Made by a program: the position numbers and the translations under genes. The notes below the pieces were generated by a model. The model searched no databases. It was not told the origin of the DNA and saw nothing but the letters and a program-made list of their open reading frames with translations. This document shows, in pieces, positions 1-9,913 of a DNA stretch of 64,000 nucleotides (positions are counted from its first letter, which is position 1; each line of letters opens with the position of its first letter). This stretch comes from Gemmatimonadales bacterium (lineage in GTDB: Bacteria > Gemmatimonadota > Gemmatimonadetes > Gemmatimonadales > GWC2-71-9). The stretch is taken from contig OZ252244.1 in the NCBI GenBank assembly GCA_965249575.1, positions 2,432,001 through 2,496,000 of the forward strand, given 5' to 3'.

Positions 1-2
1 GG

Positions 3-941
3 CCCATGGCGATCGATGGCTTCGCGAAGGGTTACCTTGACGCCGGCCGTCTTCGAGAAGCGCGCACCGGAGAGGTTCACCCAGCCGTGCGACCACACAC
101 CACGCGGGACTGCGAGACCGGCGGCCATGAGCATCGCGGGCCACAGAGCCGCGTGGAAGCGAACGATGTCCGGACCGATGACGTGGAGGTCTGCCGGCCA
201 AACACCATCGTATCCGTTCTCCGGGAATCCAGTGGCGGAGAGGTAGTTGATCACCGCGTCGAACCACACGTAGATCGTATGGTCGGGAGCGTTCGGCCAT
301 CCGATCCCCCAGGGCAACCGGGCCCGGCTCACGGAGAGATCCTGGAGGCCGCTTTCGACGATATTGCGGATCTCATTCATCTTGCTCGGGGGCCGGAGGA
401 AATCTGGGTTCTCGTCGTAGAGCTTGAGCAGGTCGGGGCCGAACGATGAAAAGCGGAAGAAGTAGTTGGGCTCCTCGACCCAACGTACCTCGAGCGTCGG
501 GTGCTCCGGGCAATGGCCGTCTACCAGGTCCTTGTCGAGCTTGAACGCCTCGCACCCCACACAGTAGTAGCCCTTGTAGACACCCTCGTATATGTGTCCG
601 GCGGCTTGGATCCTGCTAAGGAGCGCCGTCACCGTTCGGTGATGACGAGCCTCGGTTGTCCGAATGAAATCACTGTTGCTGATGGCCAGCTCATCCCAGG
701 CTTGCAGGAATTGGTCGGCAATCGCGTCGACCCATGCCTGGGGAGCGGTGCCGGCATTTTCTGCGGCCTGCGCAACCTTTTGCCCGTGCTCGTCCATTCC
801 GATGAGGAAATGGACCCGATCGCCTCGGAGTCGGCGGTACCGGGCGATGCAGTCCGCGCCGATCTTCTCGAACGCGTGGCCGATGTGCGGTTCGCCGTTG
901 GCATAGTCGATGGCGGTGGTAAGGTAGAACTTGCTGCCCAA
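3..941 (-). CDS. metG: Methionyl-tRNA synthetase, 5' part (runs off window start)
   Basis: Manual translation from TTG at 941: KFYLTTAIDYANGEPHIGHAFEKIGAD (HIGH motif), zinc knuckle YCVGCE...CPEH, KMSKS-equivalent RFSKT. Absent from ORF track because there is no stop in the window. Confidence 0.95.
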   Translation of the reverse strand, partial: MGSKFYLTTAIDYANGEPHIGHAFEKIGADCIARYRRLRGDRVHFLIGMDEHGQKVAQAAENAGTAPQAWVDAIADQFLQAWDELAISNSDFIRTTEARHHRTVTALLSRIQAAGHIYEGVYKGYYCVGCEAFKLDKDLVDGHCPEHPTLEVRWVEEPNYFFRFSSFGPDLLKLYDENPDFLRPPSKMNEIRNIVESGLQDLSVSRARLPWGIGWPNAPDHTIYVWFDAVINYLSATGFPENGYDGVWPADLHVIGPDIVRFHAALWPAMLMAAGLAVPRGVWSHGWVNLSGARFSKTAGVKVTLREAIDRHG

Positions 942-942
942 C

Positions 943-1974
943 TCATTCCCCCGTGTTCGTGCTATCGTCCCCGCGCTTTCCCTTTCGCCGCCGCCTCTTG
1001 CGCTTGCGCACGCGCCGCGGTGTGACCGCCTCGAGAGCCTGTTGGGTAGTGACGGCGGATGGTCCTTCGTCGAAGGTGACCAAGGCCGACGGCGGCTGGG
1101 CTTCCTTCGGACCGCCGCGAGGTTGCTCGACCGTGGCCATGGCTTCCTTCAGCTCTTCGAGGCCGACCCAACGCGTTCCCCCCTCTTGGGCGCGTGTGAG
1201 GACCCGCTCTCGGAATATGTCGACCGACTCCACTTTGACGGTTCCTTGAGACGTGTTGAGCGTCCGTCCTTCTTTCGGGAAGCGCTTCCGGGTGGTGACG
1301 TAATACTCGTGCTCGTACCGGAGGCAGCAGAGCAGCCTGCCGCATCCTCCGGAGATCTGCGCCGGATTCAGGGAGAGGCGCTGATCCTTGGCGAGACTCA
1401 GGCTCACCGGCCGGAGCTCTGGGAGCCACGACGAGCAACAGTATTGCCGTCCGCAGCGCCCGACGCCATCTAGGCGCTTGGCCTCGTCCCGGGCACCGAT
1501 CTGACGCAGTTCGATGCGCGTACGGAACAACGAGGCGAGGTCCCGAACCAACGCCCGAAAGTCGACGCGCGTCTCGGCGGTGAAATAGATCGTGAGCTTC
1601 TTCCGATCCCACTGCCATTCCGCATCGGAGACCTTGATGTTCAGCTTGTGGGATTGGGCCCGTTCGATCACCTTCCTCCGAACGTCCTCTTCGGCTTTGC
1701 GAAGCTCGTTGCTGAGGTGGGTATCGTCACTGGAAGCCAGCCGTAGGGCTTTCCCTGTTGGGGTAGTAGGTTGGCCCGCGCCGCACCCGTTGCATCCCAC
1801 GCCACACTTGCGCTCGGCGGTTTCCCCTACTGCGGCCACTCGCCCGAGGTCACGCCCCCGCTCGACCTCGACCACCACCGCATCCCCCACGGTGGGGGTA
1901 GTCTCGGCCTCCCACGTGAAGAAATCCTTCCGCCCGCCCTTGAAACGAACCTCGATAAGCTCCGGCAATCTCAT
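943..1974 (-). CDS. ricT: PSP1-domain protein, RicT/YaaT family
   Basis: YFTAETRVDFRALVRDLA, RIELRQIGARDEAK, GRCGRQYCC, QISGGCGRLLCCLRYE motifs of PSP1/RicT. Confidence 0.9.
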   Translation of the reverse strand: MRLPELIEVRFKGGRKDFFTWEAETTPTVGDAVVVEVERGRDLGRVAAVGETAERKCGVGCNGCGAGQPTTPTGKALRLASSDDTHLSNELRKAEEDVRRKVIERAQSHKLNIKVSDAEWQWDRKKLTIYFTAETRVDFRALVRDLASLFRTRIELRQIGARDEAKRLDGVGRCGRQYCCSSWLPELRPVSLSLAKDQRLSLNPAQISGGCGRLLCCLRYEHEYYVTTRKRFPKEGRTLNTSQGTVKVESVDIFRERVLTRAQEGGTRWVGLEELKEAMATVEQPRGGPKEAQPPSALVTFDEGPSAVTTQQALEAVTPRRVRKRKRRRRKGKRGDDSTNTGE

Positions 1975-2933
1975 CCCTCCGCGAATGCGCCGATCTTAAG
2001 GTACTTCTCGGTGCGCAAAGACAGCCGCTTGGACGGTTCGATGTCCTCCAGAGATCGTATGTGCCGCTGCAAGACGTCGCGCAGGGTTCGGGCGGCGGTA
2101 TCCGGGTCGGCGTGAGCGCCGCCGGGCGGCTCGGGCACGATTTCGTCGATCACGCCGAGTGAGAGGAGGTCTCGTGCCGTGATTCGGAGGGCGTCAGCGG
2201 CCCGCGTTTTGAGCGAGGCGTCATTCCAGAGAATCGCTGCGCAGCCCTCCGGCGAAATCACTGAATAGACCGCGTTCTCCAGCATGAGCACTTGGTCCGC
2301 CAGGGCCAGTGCCAGTGCCCCGCCTGATCCGCCCTCGCCCACGATGACCGCGACCAGGCTGGTGTTCAGCGTGGCCATCGCCTCGAGATTGCGCGCGATG
2401 GCCTCGGCCTGTCCGCGCTCTTCCGCGCCGAGCCCGGGGTACGCTCCGGGGGTGTCGATCAGCGTAATCACTGGAACTCGAAACCGCTCGGCTTGTTGCA
2501 TGAGGCGCAGCGCCTTGCGGTATCCCTCGGGGTGGGGCATTCCGAAGTTCCGGCGCAGGTTTTCCTTCGTGTCCCGCCCCTTTTGGTGGCCGATGACGAC
2601 GACCGGACGACCCCCGAGACGGGCCCACCCGGCGACGATCGCGGGGTCGTCGCGATAGAGACGGTCACCCCTCAGCTCGATGAAGTCGGTGAACGTCGCC
2701 GCGAGGTAGTCGAGCGTGTACGGCCTGCGTGGATGCCGCGCGACCTGGACCCGCTGCATGGGCGTGAGCCCTAGGTAGATCTCCTTCCGCATATCCGCGA
2801 GCCGCGTCTCGAGGGGCTCGATTTCGCGTTGCATATCGAGGGCCCGGTCGCGACCGAGATGTCGCAGTTGCGCGATCTGCCGTTCCAGCTCGAGGAGGGG
2901 CTTCTCAAATTCCAGATCGAACGTTATCGCCAC
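1971..2933 (-). CDS. accA: Acetyl-CoA carboxylase carboxyltransferase alpha subunit
   Basis: LEFEKPL, ARHPRRPY, GHQKGRDTKENLRRNFGMPHPEGYRKA, IDTPGAYPG, GEGGSGGAL, YSVISPEGCA. GTG start at 2933 chosen just after the dnaE stop. Confidence 0.96.
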   Translation of the reverse strand: MAITFDLEFEKPLLELERQIAQLRHLGRDRALDMQREIEPLETRLADMRKEIYLGLTPMQRVQVARHPRRPYTLDYLAATFTDFIELRGDRLYRDDPAIVAGWARLGGRPVVVIGHQKGRDTKENLRRNFGMPHPEGYRKALRLMQQAERFRVPVITLIDTPGAYPGLGAEERGQAEAIARNLEAMATLNTSLVAVIVGEGGSGGALALALADQVLMLENAVYSVISPEGCAAILWNDASLKTRAADALRITARDLLSLGVIDEIVPEPPGGAHADPDTAARTLRDVLQRHIRSLEDIEPSKRLSLRTEKYLKIGAFAEG

Positions 2934-2940
2934 GGGGGCG

Positions 2941-5900
2941 CTACCTCGCTTTGACCAGGCGCACGCGCTCGGCGCCCAGAAGTTCTCGGAGCGCGCTGAG
3001 AAACTCGTCCTCAAGTTCGACCCGAAGCCGGCGGGAACGCAACCGCGCCGTTTCACCGTTCCCGTCACCCCACTCGACGAAGACGGGGGCCGCGCCGGGG
3101 TGCGCGGCGCATAGGGCAGCCACGGCCCCGGCAATGCCGGGATCGGGACCGGATCCCTCACTCCACTTCATGGCGATGCCCACGGCGCCGTTGGTGCGCA
3201 ACCCCTCCAGAGGCTGCGCGGCTTCGACGATGAACGGTGCGCGGTCTTCGCCGCGGTCGCGGGCGCTGTAGCCGCCGGTCAGAAGGAGCGCCGTGTCCTG
3301 GATGATGATGCTCGACAGCCTGCTCCAACTGTCGGGAAACACGATTGCCTCGGCCGTGCCGTGAAAATCCTCGATCGTCAGCCGGGCATACTCCGATCCG
3401 GTCTTCCGGCTGACCTGTCGCTTGACCGTCGTCACCACGCCGGCCACGGAGACTTGGTGCTCGCTCCACGAGCTCAGCGTGCGTGTGGTTCGTGTGCCGA
3501 AGAGCGTTACTTCGTCCCGAAACCGCTCGAGCGGGTGTCCGGAGATGAAGAACCCGATCACCTCCTTTTCTTTTGTCAGCCGTTCGGCCTCCGACCAGGG
3601 CGGGGCACCCGGAAGCTCCGCGGCAGTGGGCGCTGCGGTCGCGGGCACGCCGTCGCCAAACAGGGAAGCCTGACCGGCATCTCGTTCCGCCTGCCGGAGC
3701 TGGGCCTCGCCGAGCGTTTGATCGATCGCCGCGGCGAGTTGTGCGCGGTGACCGTCGAATTCGTCGAACGCGCCGGCTGCGATGATCGATTCGAGTACGC
3801 GCTTGTTGCAGACCTTCAAGTCCACCCGCTCGCAGAAATCATGGAGGGATCGGTAGGGGCCTCCCTCCTCCCGTCCCGCGAGGATCGACTCAATAGCCGT
3901 CCGGCCGACGTTCCTGATCGCACCCAGCCCAAAGCGGATCTCATGATCCCCGGTCACCGTGAACTTCCACCGGGACGTGTTGACGGACGGCGGTAGCACA
4001 TTGATGTCGAGCTCGCGGCACTCGTTGATCCGTTCCACGACAGTGTCTGTGTCGCCGATCTCCGACGAAAGCAGCGCCGCCATGAACTCGGGTGGATAGT
4101 GAGCCTTGAGCCAGGCGGTCTGGAACGAGAGCACGCTGTACGCCACACTGTGCGACTTGTTGAATCCGTAGCGCCCGAAGGTCTCGATTTGAGATGCGAT
4201 GAGCTCAATGGCTCGGCGGTCGTGTCCCAGGTCGACGGCCCGCTCGACGAAGCGCGCCAGCTCCGCTTGGATCAAGTCCTTGTCCTTCTTACCCACGGCT
4301 TTGCGCAACACGTCTGCTTCACCGAGGGTATAACCAGCCAAAACATTCGCGATTCGCATCACCTGTTCCTGGTACACGATCACGCCGTATGTCGGCTCGA
4401 GCACTCCACGAAGGGCCTCGTGCGGATACCGCACGGCCTCTTCGCCCCGCTTCCGCCGGATGAATACCAGGTGCATCCCCGAGTCGAGCGGTCCGGGACG
4501 CACGAGTGCGTTGGTCGCAACCAGATCGTCAAAGCGATCGCAGTGCAGCTGGCGGAGCGTATCCGTGGCCAACTGCGATTCGAATTGGAAGACGCCCGCG
4601 GTCCGTCCGGCCCGCAGCAGCTCGTAAACCGGCGGGTCGTCGAGGTCGAGCCCATCCAGCTCGATTCTGGTCCCATGCCGCTCCTCGACGATCTCGGTCG
4701 CATCGTGGATCACTGTGAGCGTCTTGAGGCCCAAGAAGTCCATCTTGAGCATGCCGACCTGCTCGAGTCCCACCATGTCGTACTGCGTGATGATGGCGTC
4801 CGCGGCTCCGTTGCCGGCAGCCCCACTCCGTTGCGGCGCTGTGCAGACAGGGACGTAGTCTTCCAGGGGGCCCGGGGCGATCACGATCCCGGCGGCGTGG
4901 ACCGATGCGTGACGGGACAGACCCTCGATGCGCTGAGCGAGATCGACCAGGCGGGCGATCGTACCATCTTCACGCGCCAGCTGTGTCAGCTCGGGCACGC
5001 GGCTCACCGCATCGGCCACCGTCAGGGCATATCCGGGCGTCGACGGGATCAACTTCGCGAGCCGGTCCGCGTCGGCGGGTGCCACGCGCAGCACTCTCGC
5101 GATGTCACGAACGGCGGCACGCGCCTTGAGGGTGCCGAACGTGATGATCTGGCCGACGCTCGACCGCCCGTAGCGCTCACGCACATAGTCGATTACCTCG
5201 CCGCGGCGCTCGAAGCAGAAGTCCACGTCGATATCGGGCATCGAGATCCGCTCGGGATTGAGGAAGCGCTCAAAGAGCAGATCGAATCGCAGGGGATCGA
5301 CGTTGGTGATGTGAAGAGCGTACGCGACGACCGAGCCGGCAGCCGACCCGCGCCCGGGACCCACCGGAATCCCCCGTTCCCGCGCCGCGCGGATGAAGTC
5401 GTACACGATGAGGAAGTATCCGGCGTACCCGGTCTTGGTGATTACCCCAAGCTCGTAGTCGAGCCGCGCTTTGACATCCTCGGGCAGCGGTGAACCGTAC
5501 CGGGCCATCGCTCCCTCGGTCGCCAGCTCCACCAGGAGGTCATTGTCAGAGATGTTCCGGTCCGAGCGCGGAAACTCTGGCAAGAAGTAGCCCTTGTCGA
5601 AGTCGAACTCGCACCGATCGGCCACCCGCTCGGTGTTCGTGATGAGGTCGTCCCGCGTGGGGAAGAGCTCCCGCATCTCCTTCTCGCTCTTGAGGTAGCT
5701 CTCCTCTCCCTCGAATCGGAACCGATTCGGGTCGTCCAAGTCCTTGCCGGTGCCAATCGCGAGCAGAATGTCGTGCGCCTGGGCGTCCTCACGCCGGAGG
5801 TAATGGGCGTCGTTGGTCGCTACGACGGGGAGCCCGAGCTCGTCGGCAAGCCGAAGCATCCCCTCCGAGACGATCCGTTCGTCGGCTATACCGTGGTCCT

Positions 5901-6429
5901 GAACCTCGAGCCAGAATCCATGCGGCCCGAACGTGCTGGCAAACCACTCAGCGGACTGCCGCGCCTGGTCGAAATTGCCCTGTCGAAGCCAAATCGAGAT
6001 CTCCCCGGACAAACAGGCCGCGAGGCAGACGATACCGTCGGCGTGCGCCGCCAAGACCTCTCGATCGATGCGGGGACGCCGGTAATATCCCTCCAGAAAC
6101 CCGATGGAGGAGAGCCTGATGAGATTCTGGTAGCCCGTCCGGTTCCGCGCGAGAAGCACGAGGTGCGAGTAATTGGCAGGTGCGTTAGGCAGTCGCTCCC
6201 GCGCGTGTCGCGAACCGAACGCGAGGTATGCCTCGAACCCCAGGATGGGACGGATACCGGCCGCTCTGGCCTCCCGATAGAAAACGCAGGCGGCATGGAG
6301 GTTGCCGTGATCCGTGATGGCGAGGCTGTCCATACCCAGCTCACGCGTCCGGTCCACCAGGTCCTTGATCCGGTTGGCACCGTCGAGCAGGGAGTATTCG
6401 GAATGTGTGTGGAGGTGAACGAACGTCAT
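2941..6429 (-). CDS. dnaE: DNA polymerase III alpha subunit
   Basis: PHP motif HLHTHSEYSLLDG, GRGSAAGS, MPDIDVDF, KMDFLGL, YGFNKSH, C-terminal OB fold; 1162 aa. Confidence 0.98.
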   Translation of the reverse strand: MTFVHLHTHSEYSLLDGANRIKDLVDRTRELGMDSLAITDHGNLHAACVFYREARAAGIRPILGFEAYLAFGSRHARERLPNAPANYSHLVLLARNRTGYQNLIRLSSIGFLEGYYRRPRIDREVLAAHADGIVCLAACLSGEISIWLRQGNFDQARQSAEWFASTFGPHGFWLEVQDHGIADERIVSEGMLRLADELGLPVVATNDAHYLRREDAQAHDILLAIGTGKDLDDPNRFRFEGEESYLKSEKEMRELFPTRDDLITNTERVADRCEFDFDKGYFLPEFPRSDRNISDNDLLVELATEGAMARYGSPLPEDVKARLDYELGVITKTGYAGYFLIVYDFIRAARERGIPVGPGRGSAAGSVVAYALHITNVDPLRFDLLFERFLNPERISMPDIDVDFCFERRGEVIDYVRERYGRSSVGQIITFGTLKARAAVRDIARVLRVAPADADRLAKLIPSTPGYALTVADAVSRVPELTQLAREDGTIARLVDLAQRIEGLSRHASVHAAGIVIAPGPLEDYVPVCTAPQRSGAAGNGAADAIITQYDMVGLEQVGMLKMDFLGLKTLTVIHDATEIVEERHGTRIELDGLDLDDPPVYELLRAGRTAGVFQFESQLATDTLRQLHCDRFDDLVATNALVRPGPLDSGMHLVFIRRKRGEEAVRYPHEALRGVLEPTYGVIVYQEQVMRIANVLAGYTLGEADVLRKAVGKKDKDLIQAELARFVERAVDLGHDRRAIELIASQIETFGRYGFNKSHSVAYSVLSFQTAWLKAHYPPEFMAALLSSEIGDTDTVVERINECRELDINVLPPSVNTSRWKFTVTGDHEIRFGLGAIRNVGRTAIESILAGREEGGPYRSLHDFCERVDLKVCNKRVLESIIAAGAFDEFDGHRAQLAAAIDQTLGEAQLRQAERDAGQASLFGDGVPATAAPTAAELPGAPPWSEAERLTKEKEVIGFFISGHPLERFRDEVTLFGTRTTRTLSSWSEHQVSVAGVVTTVKRQVSRKTGSEYARLTIEDFHGTAEAIVFPDSWSRLSSIIIQDTALLLTGGYSARDRGEDRAPFIVEAAQPLEGLRTNGAVGIAMKWSEGSGPDPGIAGAVAALCAAHPGAAPVFVEWGDGNGETARLRSRRLRVELEDEFLSALRELLGAERVRLVKAR

Positions 6430-6544
6430 CTATCCGCCTGCACAGGCCCACCCGAATCGAGCAGTCCTGGGTAGAGAACGGTCTGGGAGCTCGGCCGCGA
6501 TGGTCGGCCGCCCACGTGTCCCATTCGCGGGCGCCCGACTGTTA

Positions 6545-6573
6545 AGCTTACGCGAAGCATGGAGCGTTGTCAA
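6545..6573 (-). promoter_or_regulatory. Putative sigma70 promoter for dnaE operon
   Basis: Minus strand reads TTGACA-17 nt-TAAGCT, about 115 nt upstream of dnaE ATG. Confidence 0.65.
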
Positions 6574-6596
6574 AACTCGCGTTCGCTGCGTATGTT
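6567..6596 (+). promoter_or_regulatory. Putative divergent sigma70 promoter for the lipoprotein peptidase operon
   Basis: TTGTCA-18 nt-TATGTT; its -35 overlaps the -35 of the dnaE promoter. Confidence 0.4.
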
Positions 6597-6759
6597 CCTC
6601 CTCCACAGAGAGTTACGACATCGTCGGGGACCCGCGGCGGGGAGTGCTTCGTTGGCGTGGGCCGCCGAAGGCTTTGGCTCCCGCAGCGGCGCCACGAGAA
6701 CACGTGATCGCGGACAGGGTAAAGTGGACATCCGTGCACCAGCCAAGAGGGGAGTGCTG

Positions 6760-8940
6760 TTGAAGCGCCGTTTGATTCCCGTGCTGCTCGTACCGCTCAT
6801 CGGCTGTTGGGGAGTCGACGAGGGGGGCACGCCGAGGCCTGATGCCATCTCGCGTGTGGCCGAGTCGGACAACCAGATCGGGGTGGTGGGTGGCCGGCTC
6901 TCCCGCCCCCTGGCAGTCGACGTGCGGGCGGCCGATGGGTCGGTAACGCCCCGGGCGGCGGTGCGGTGGATTGTCGTCTCGGCAACGGGCGGGACCCTCT
7001 CGGATTCGCTCACAGTGGCGGACGGCACGGGTCGAGCGCTCGTCGACTATACCCTGGGGCAGACCGTAGGGCCATACACGGTACGGGCTGAGCTGGTCGA
7101 GAATCGCGACCGTTGGGTCACGCTGTCCGCGACTGGAGCGGCAGCTCCAGTGCTGACCGCCGTGTCCCCGCAGGCATTTCAAGGCGGCGATTCGGTGACT
7201 CTCCTCGGTACCGGGCTCGACGCTGCGCGGCTTTCGATTGAGGTCGGTGGCGTGCCCGCCCGCATCGTGTCCGCCGCTGGCTCGGCGACCACGTTCGTCG
7301 CGCCGTCGTGCCTCGCGCCGGGGTCCGTCACCTTGCGCGCCAGGCTTGAGACGGCGACCAGCAACGGCCTCCAGGCTCAGTACGTATCGTCCGCTACCCC
7401 CCTCGCGCTCCAAGTGGGGGACTACGTGTCCGTCGCGTCCGACCAGTTGGCTGGATGTGCGACCCTACCGGACGCCGGTCCGGCCGGAGCTGAATACGTC
7501 GTCGCACCGCAGTCTGTGACCGGCTCTCCGGGCCTGAGCGCGGCGTACCGTTTGACGGGGGATTCGATCACCGTGGTGACCGCGCTCCCGCCCGCGGCTC
7601 CGGCCGGCGCCATGCCGGTCAAGCAGACCTTTCACGATTTCCTGCGACGCACCGAGGAGAGCCTCGCGGGGCCGAGGAGGCGGCCGCAACCTGCAGCGGC
7701 TCCCGCAGCTCCGGCCTACGCCCAGCCGCTCGAGGTCGGCGATCAACGCACGTTTCGGGTATGCAGCACGGTGACCTGCAGCCTCGTACCGGATTTCACG
7801 GAGGTCACCGGGGAGGCAGTGTACGTCGGCGATCATGCAGCCATCTACTTGGACCTCAACGCGCCTCCGGGCGGCATGACGCAAGAGGATCTCACCGAGC
7901 TCGGTACCCTTTTCGACCAGGAGCTCTACGACGTCGATACCCGGGCATTTGGATCCGAATCGGATATCGACGAAGACGGTGTCGTCGCAATACTGATGAG
8001 CCCCGTCGTCAACGCGCTTACCCCGGCGACGGACTGCTCCTCCGCGATCATCACCGGGTTCTTCTTCGCAATCGATATCGATCCCGGGTTGGTCGATGAC
8101 GAGCGGTCGAACCAGGCCGAGGTCTTCTACACGATCGTACCCGATCCGACCGGCTCGGTGCGGTGCCCCTTGACGCCCGGTTTCGTCAAGCGGCAGGTCC
8201 CGGTGACCTTCGCGCACGAGTTCCAGCACATGATCAGCTTCAATCAGCACGTCTTGGTGCGCGGCGGCAACGTCGAGCTGCTCTGGCTGAACGAGGCGAT
8301 GTCGCACCTAGGCGAAGAGCTCGCGGCGCAGCGGTTCCGGGATCTGGGCGACGAAGATCGCTTCTCACAGTTCGTTTTCGCGAACCTCTCCAATGCCTAC
8401 CGTTACTTGGAAGCGCCGGGCCTCTTCTATACCATCCCTTCGATGGGAACCGGCAGCCTGGAAGAGCGGGGGTCGGCCTGGCTGTTCCTGCGTTGGCTCG
8501 TGGACCAGTTCGGAAACGAGCTGCCGCGTCGCCTGTCGGAGACCAAGCGCACTGGGGAGGCGAACGTGGCGTTTGCCACCGGTGAGCCGATGACGAGGCT
8601 ACTCGGGCAATGGTTCATGGCGAACTACGTCTCCGACCTGCCCGGTTTCGTGGCCCCTCAGCGCCTCACGTACGACGCGTGGGCGTTGCGGACCACGTAC
8701 AGAGAGCTCAACAGTCAAAGGCCGCAGGATTTTCGCAGGTCGTTCCCCCTCCGGCCGATCGTCTTGAGCGGTGGCGCCTTCCAACCACGACTGGGAACGC
8801 TCTTCTCTGGTTCTGGCGACTACTTTCGCGTCGTCCAGGCGCCGGGCCAACCCGGGTTTACCCTGCGCATGACCAGCGGCTCCGGCGCGCCGCTGACCAG
8901 TGTAGTAGTGCCGCGGTTGAACGTGATCCGCGTTCGTTGA
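6760..8940 (+). CDS. Lipoprotein with Ig-like/IPT domains and zinc metallopeptidase (HEXXH) domain
   Basis: TTG start with lipoprotein signal KRRLIPVLLVPLIGC; Ig-like beta-rich N-terminus; FAHEFQHMISFNQH...WLNEAMSHLGE zincin signature (M30-like). Confidence 0.75.
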   Translation: MKRRLIPVLLVPLIGCWGVDEGGTPRPDAISRVAESDNQIGVVGGRLSRPLAVDVRAADGSVTPRAAVRWIVVSATGGTLSDSLTVADGTGRALVDYTLGQTVGPYTVRAELVENRDRWVTLSATGAAAPVLTAVSPQAFQGGDSVTLLGTGLDAARLSIEVGGVPARIVSAAGSATTFVAPSCLAPGSVTLRARLETATSNGLQAQYVSSATPLALQVGDYVSVASDQLAGCATLPDAGPAGAEYVVAPQSVTGSPGLSAAYRLTGDSITVVTALPPAAPAGAMPVKQTFHDFLRRTEESLAGPRRRPQPAAAPAAPAYAQPLEVGDQRTFRVCSTVTCSLVPDFTEVTGEAVYVGDHAAIYLDLNAPPGGMTQEDLTELGTLFDQELYDVDTRAFGSESDIDEDGVVAILMSPVVNALTPATDCSSAIITGFFFAIDIDPGLVDDERSNQAEVFYTIVPDPTGSVRCPLTPGFVKRQVPVTFAHEFQHMISFNQHVLVRGGNVELLWLNEAMSHLGEELAAQRFRDLGDEDRFSQFVFANLSNAYRYLEAPGLFYTIPSMGTGSLEERGSAWLFLRWLVDQFGNELPRRLSETKRTGEANVAFATGEPMTRLLGQWFMANYVSDLPGFVAPQRLTYDAWALRTTYRELNSQRPQDFRRSFPLRPIVLSGGAFQPRLGTLFSGSGDYFRVVQAPGQPGFTLRMTSGSGAPLTSVVVPRLNVIRVR

Positions 8941-8972
8941 GCGTTACGAGACCAGGTTCCAGGTCTGCAAGC

Positions 8973-9881
8973 ATGCACACTGCCGGACGCGAGGCGTTTC
9001 CAGCGAGGAGCCGCCGGCCGGCGCGCTGGGTCACCCTGCTCATATTCGTCCCGATTCAACTCACCGCTCAACTTGGTCCTCCGTCGCGCGCCGCACTCAC
9101 CGTGCGGAATGCGGGTTTGAACGGAGCCGGCGCCGCGCTCGTCGGTGACGCCGGCGCCGTCTTCAGCAATCCTGCCGCGTTGGCGACCATCTCACACTTC
9201 GCGGTGGAAGCGGGATATCGACGGGCACCGGCCGACGGGTACGTGATCAACGGCGCCCTCGCCGGGCGGATCCGGCAATTCGATCTCGGGGGAGGTATCC
9301 AGTACGTCGACTTGGGTCTGGGTCCGTCGTCTCAGGCGACGAGCTACGAAGTCTTGGGAGTGGGTTCTGCGGTGTATCGGTTCGGGCTCATGGCCCTCGG
9401 TGCTTCGGCGAAGCTGGCGCGGCGGTCGACCCTGACCGCCGGCGAGCAGCGCGGCGCCAGCGCCGATGTCGGCGTTGCGATCGCCGTCTTCGACATCATG
9501 GCCCTGGCGTTCTCGGTGCAGAACGTCCGAGGCAACTGGGATGATACCGGCGGGCTTCCCATGCCGCGTTTGTCTCGGTTCGGGTTTACCATGAACTATG
9601 TCGATCCACAGGAAACCTTCCGGCTCCTGTCGACGCTCGAGGTGCAATGGCCCGAAGGGAGCGGGTCCCGGCTCGTGCTCGGCGCTGAAGGAGGCATCGT
9701 GGTGACCGGCGTCGGCGTGATAGGTCGTGTGGCCTATGGCTCTCGCCCCACCGGTGTCGGTGCGGCGATGACGTACGGGGGGAGCCTGGCACTCAGCCGA
9801 GGGACGATCGACTATGCCTACGTGTCCCCGCTTATTCCCGGCGACTCGAGGCACCGGATCGGGATGAGGCTGACATTCTGA
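8973..9881 (+). CDS. Outer-membrane beta-barrel protein, PorV/FadL-like
   Basis: N-terminal RNAGLNGAGAALVGDAGAVFSNPAALA plug-like motif, amphipathic strands, C-terminal IGMRLTF with terminal Phe. Confidence 0.6.
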   Translation: MHTAGREAFPARSRRPARWVTLLIFVPIQLTAQLGPPSRAALTVRNAGLNGAGAALVGDAGAVFSNPAALATISHFAVEAGYRRAPADGYVINGALAGRIRQFDLGGGIQYVDLGLGPSSQATSYEVLGVGSAVYRFGLMALGASAKLARRSTLTAGEQRGASADVGVAIAVFDIMALAFSVQNVRGNWDDTGGLPMPRLSRFGFTMNYVDPQETFRLLSTLEVQWPEGSGSRLVLGAEGGIVVTGVGVIGRVAYGSRPTGVGAAMTYGGSLALSRGTIDYAYVSPLIPGDSRHRIGMRLTF

Positions 9882-9913
9882 GCGAGAAAGGCCGGGGCAA
9901 CTGGCGCCGCCGG

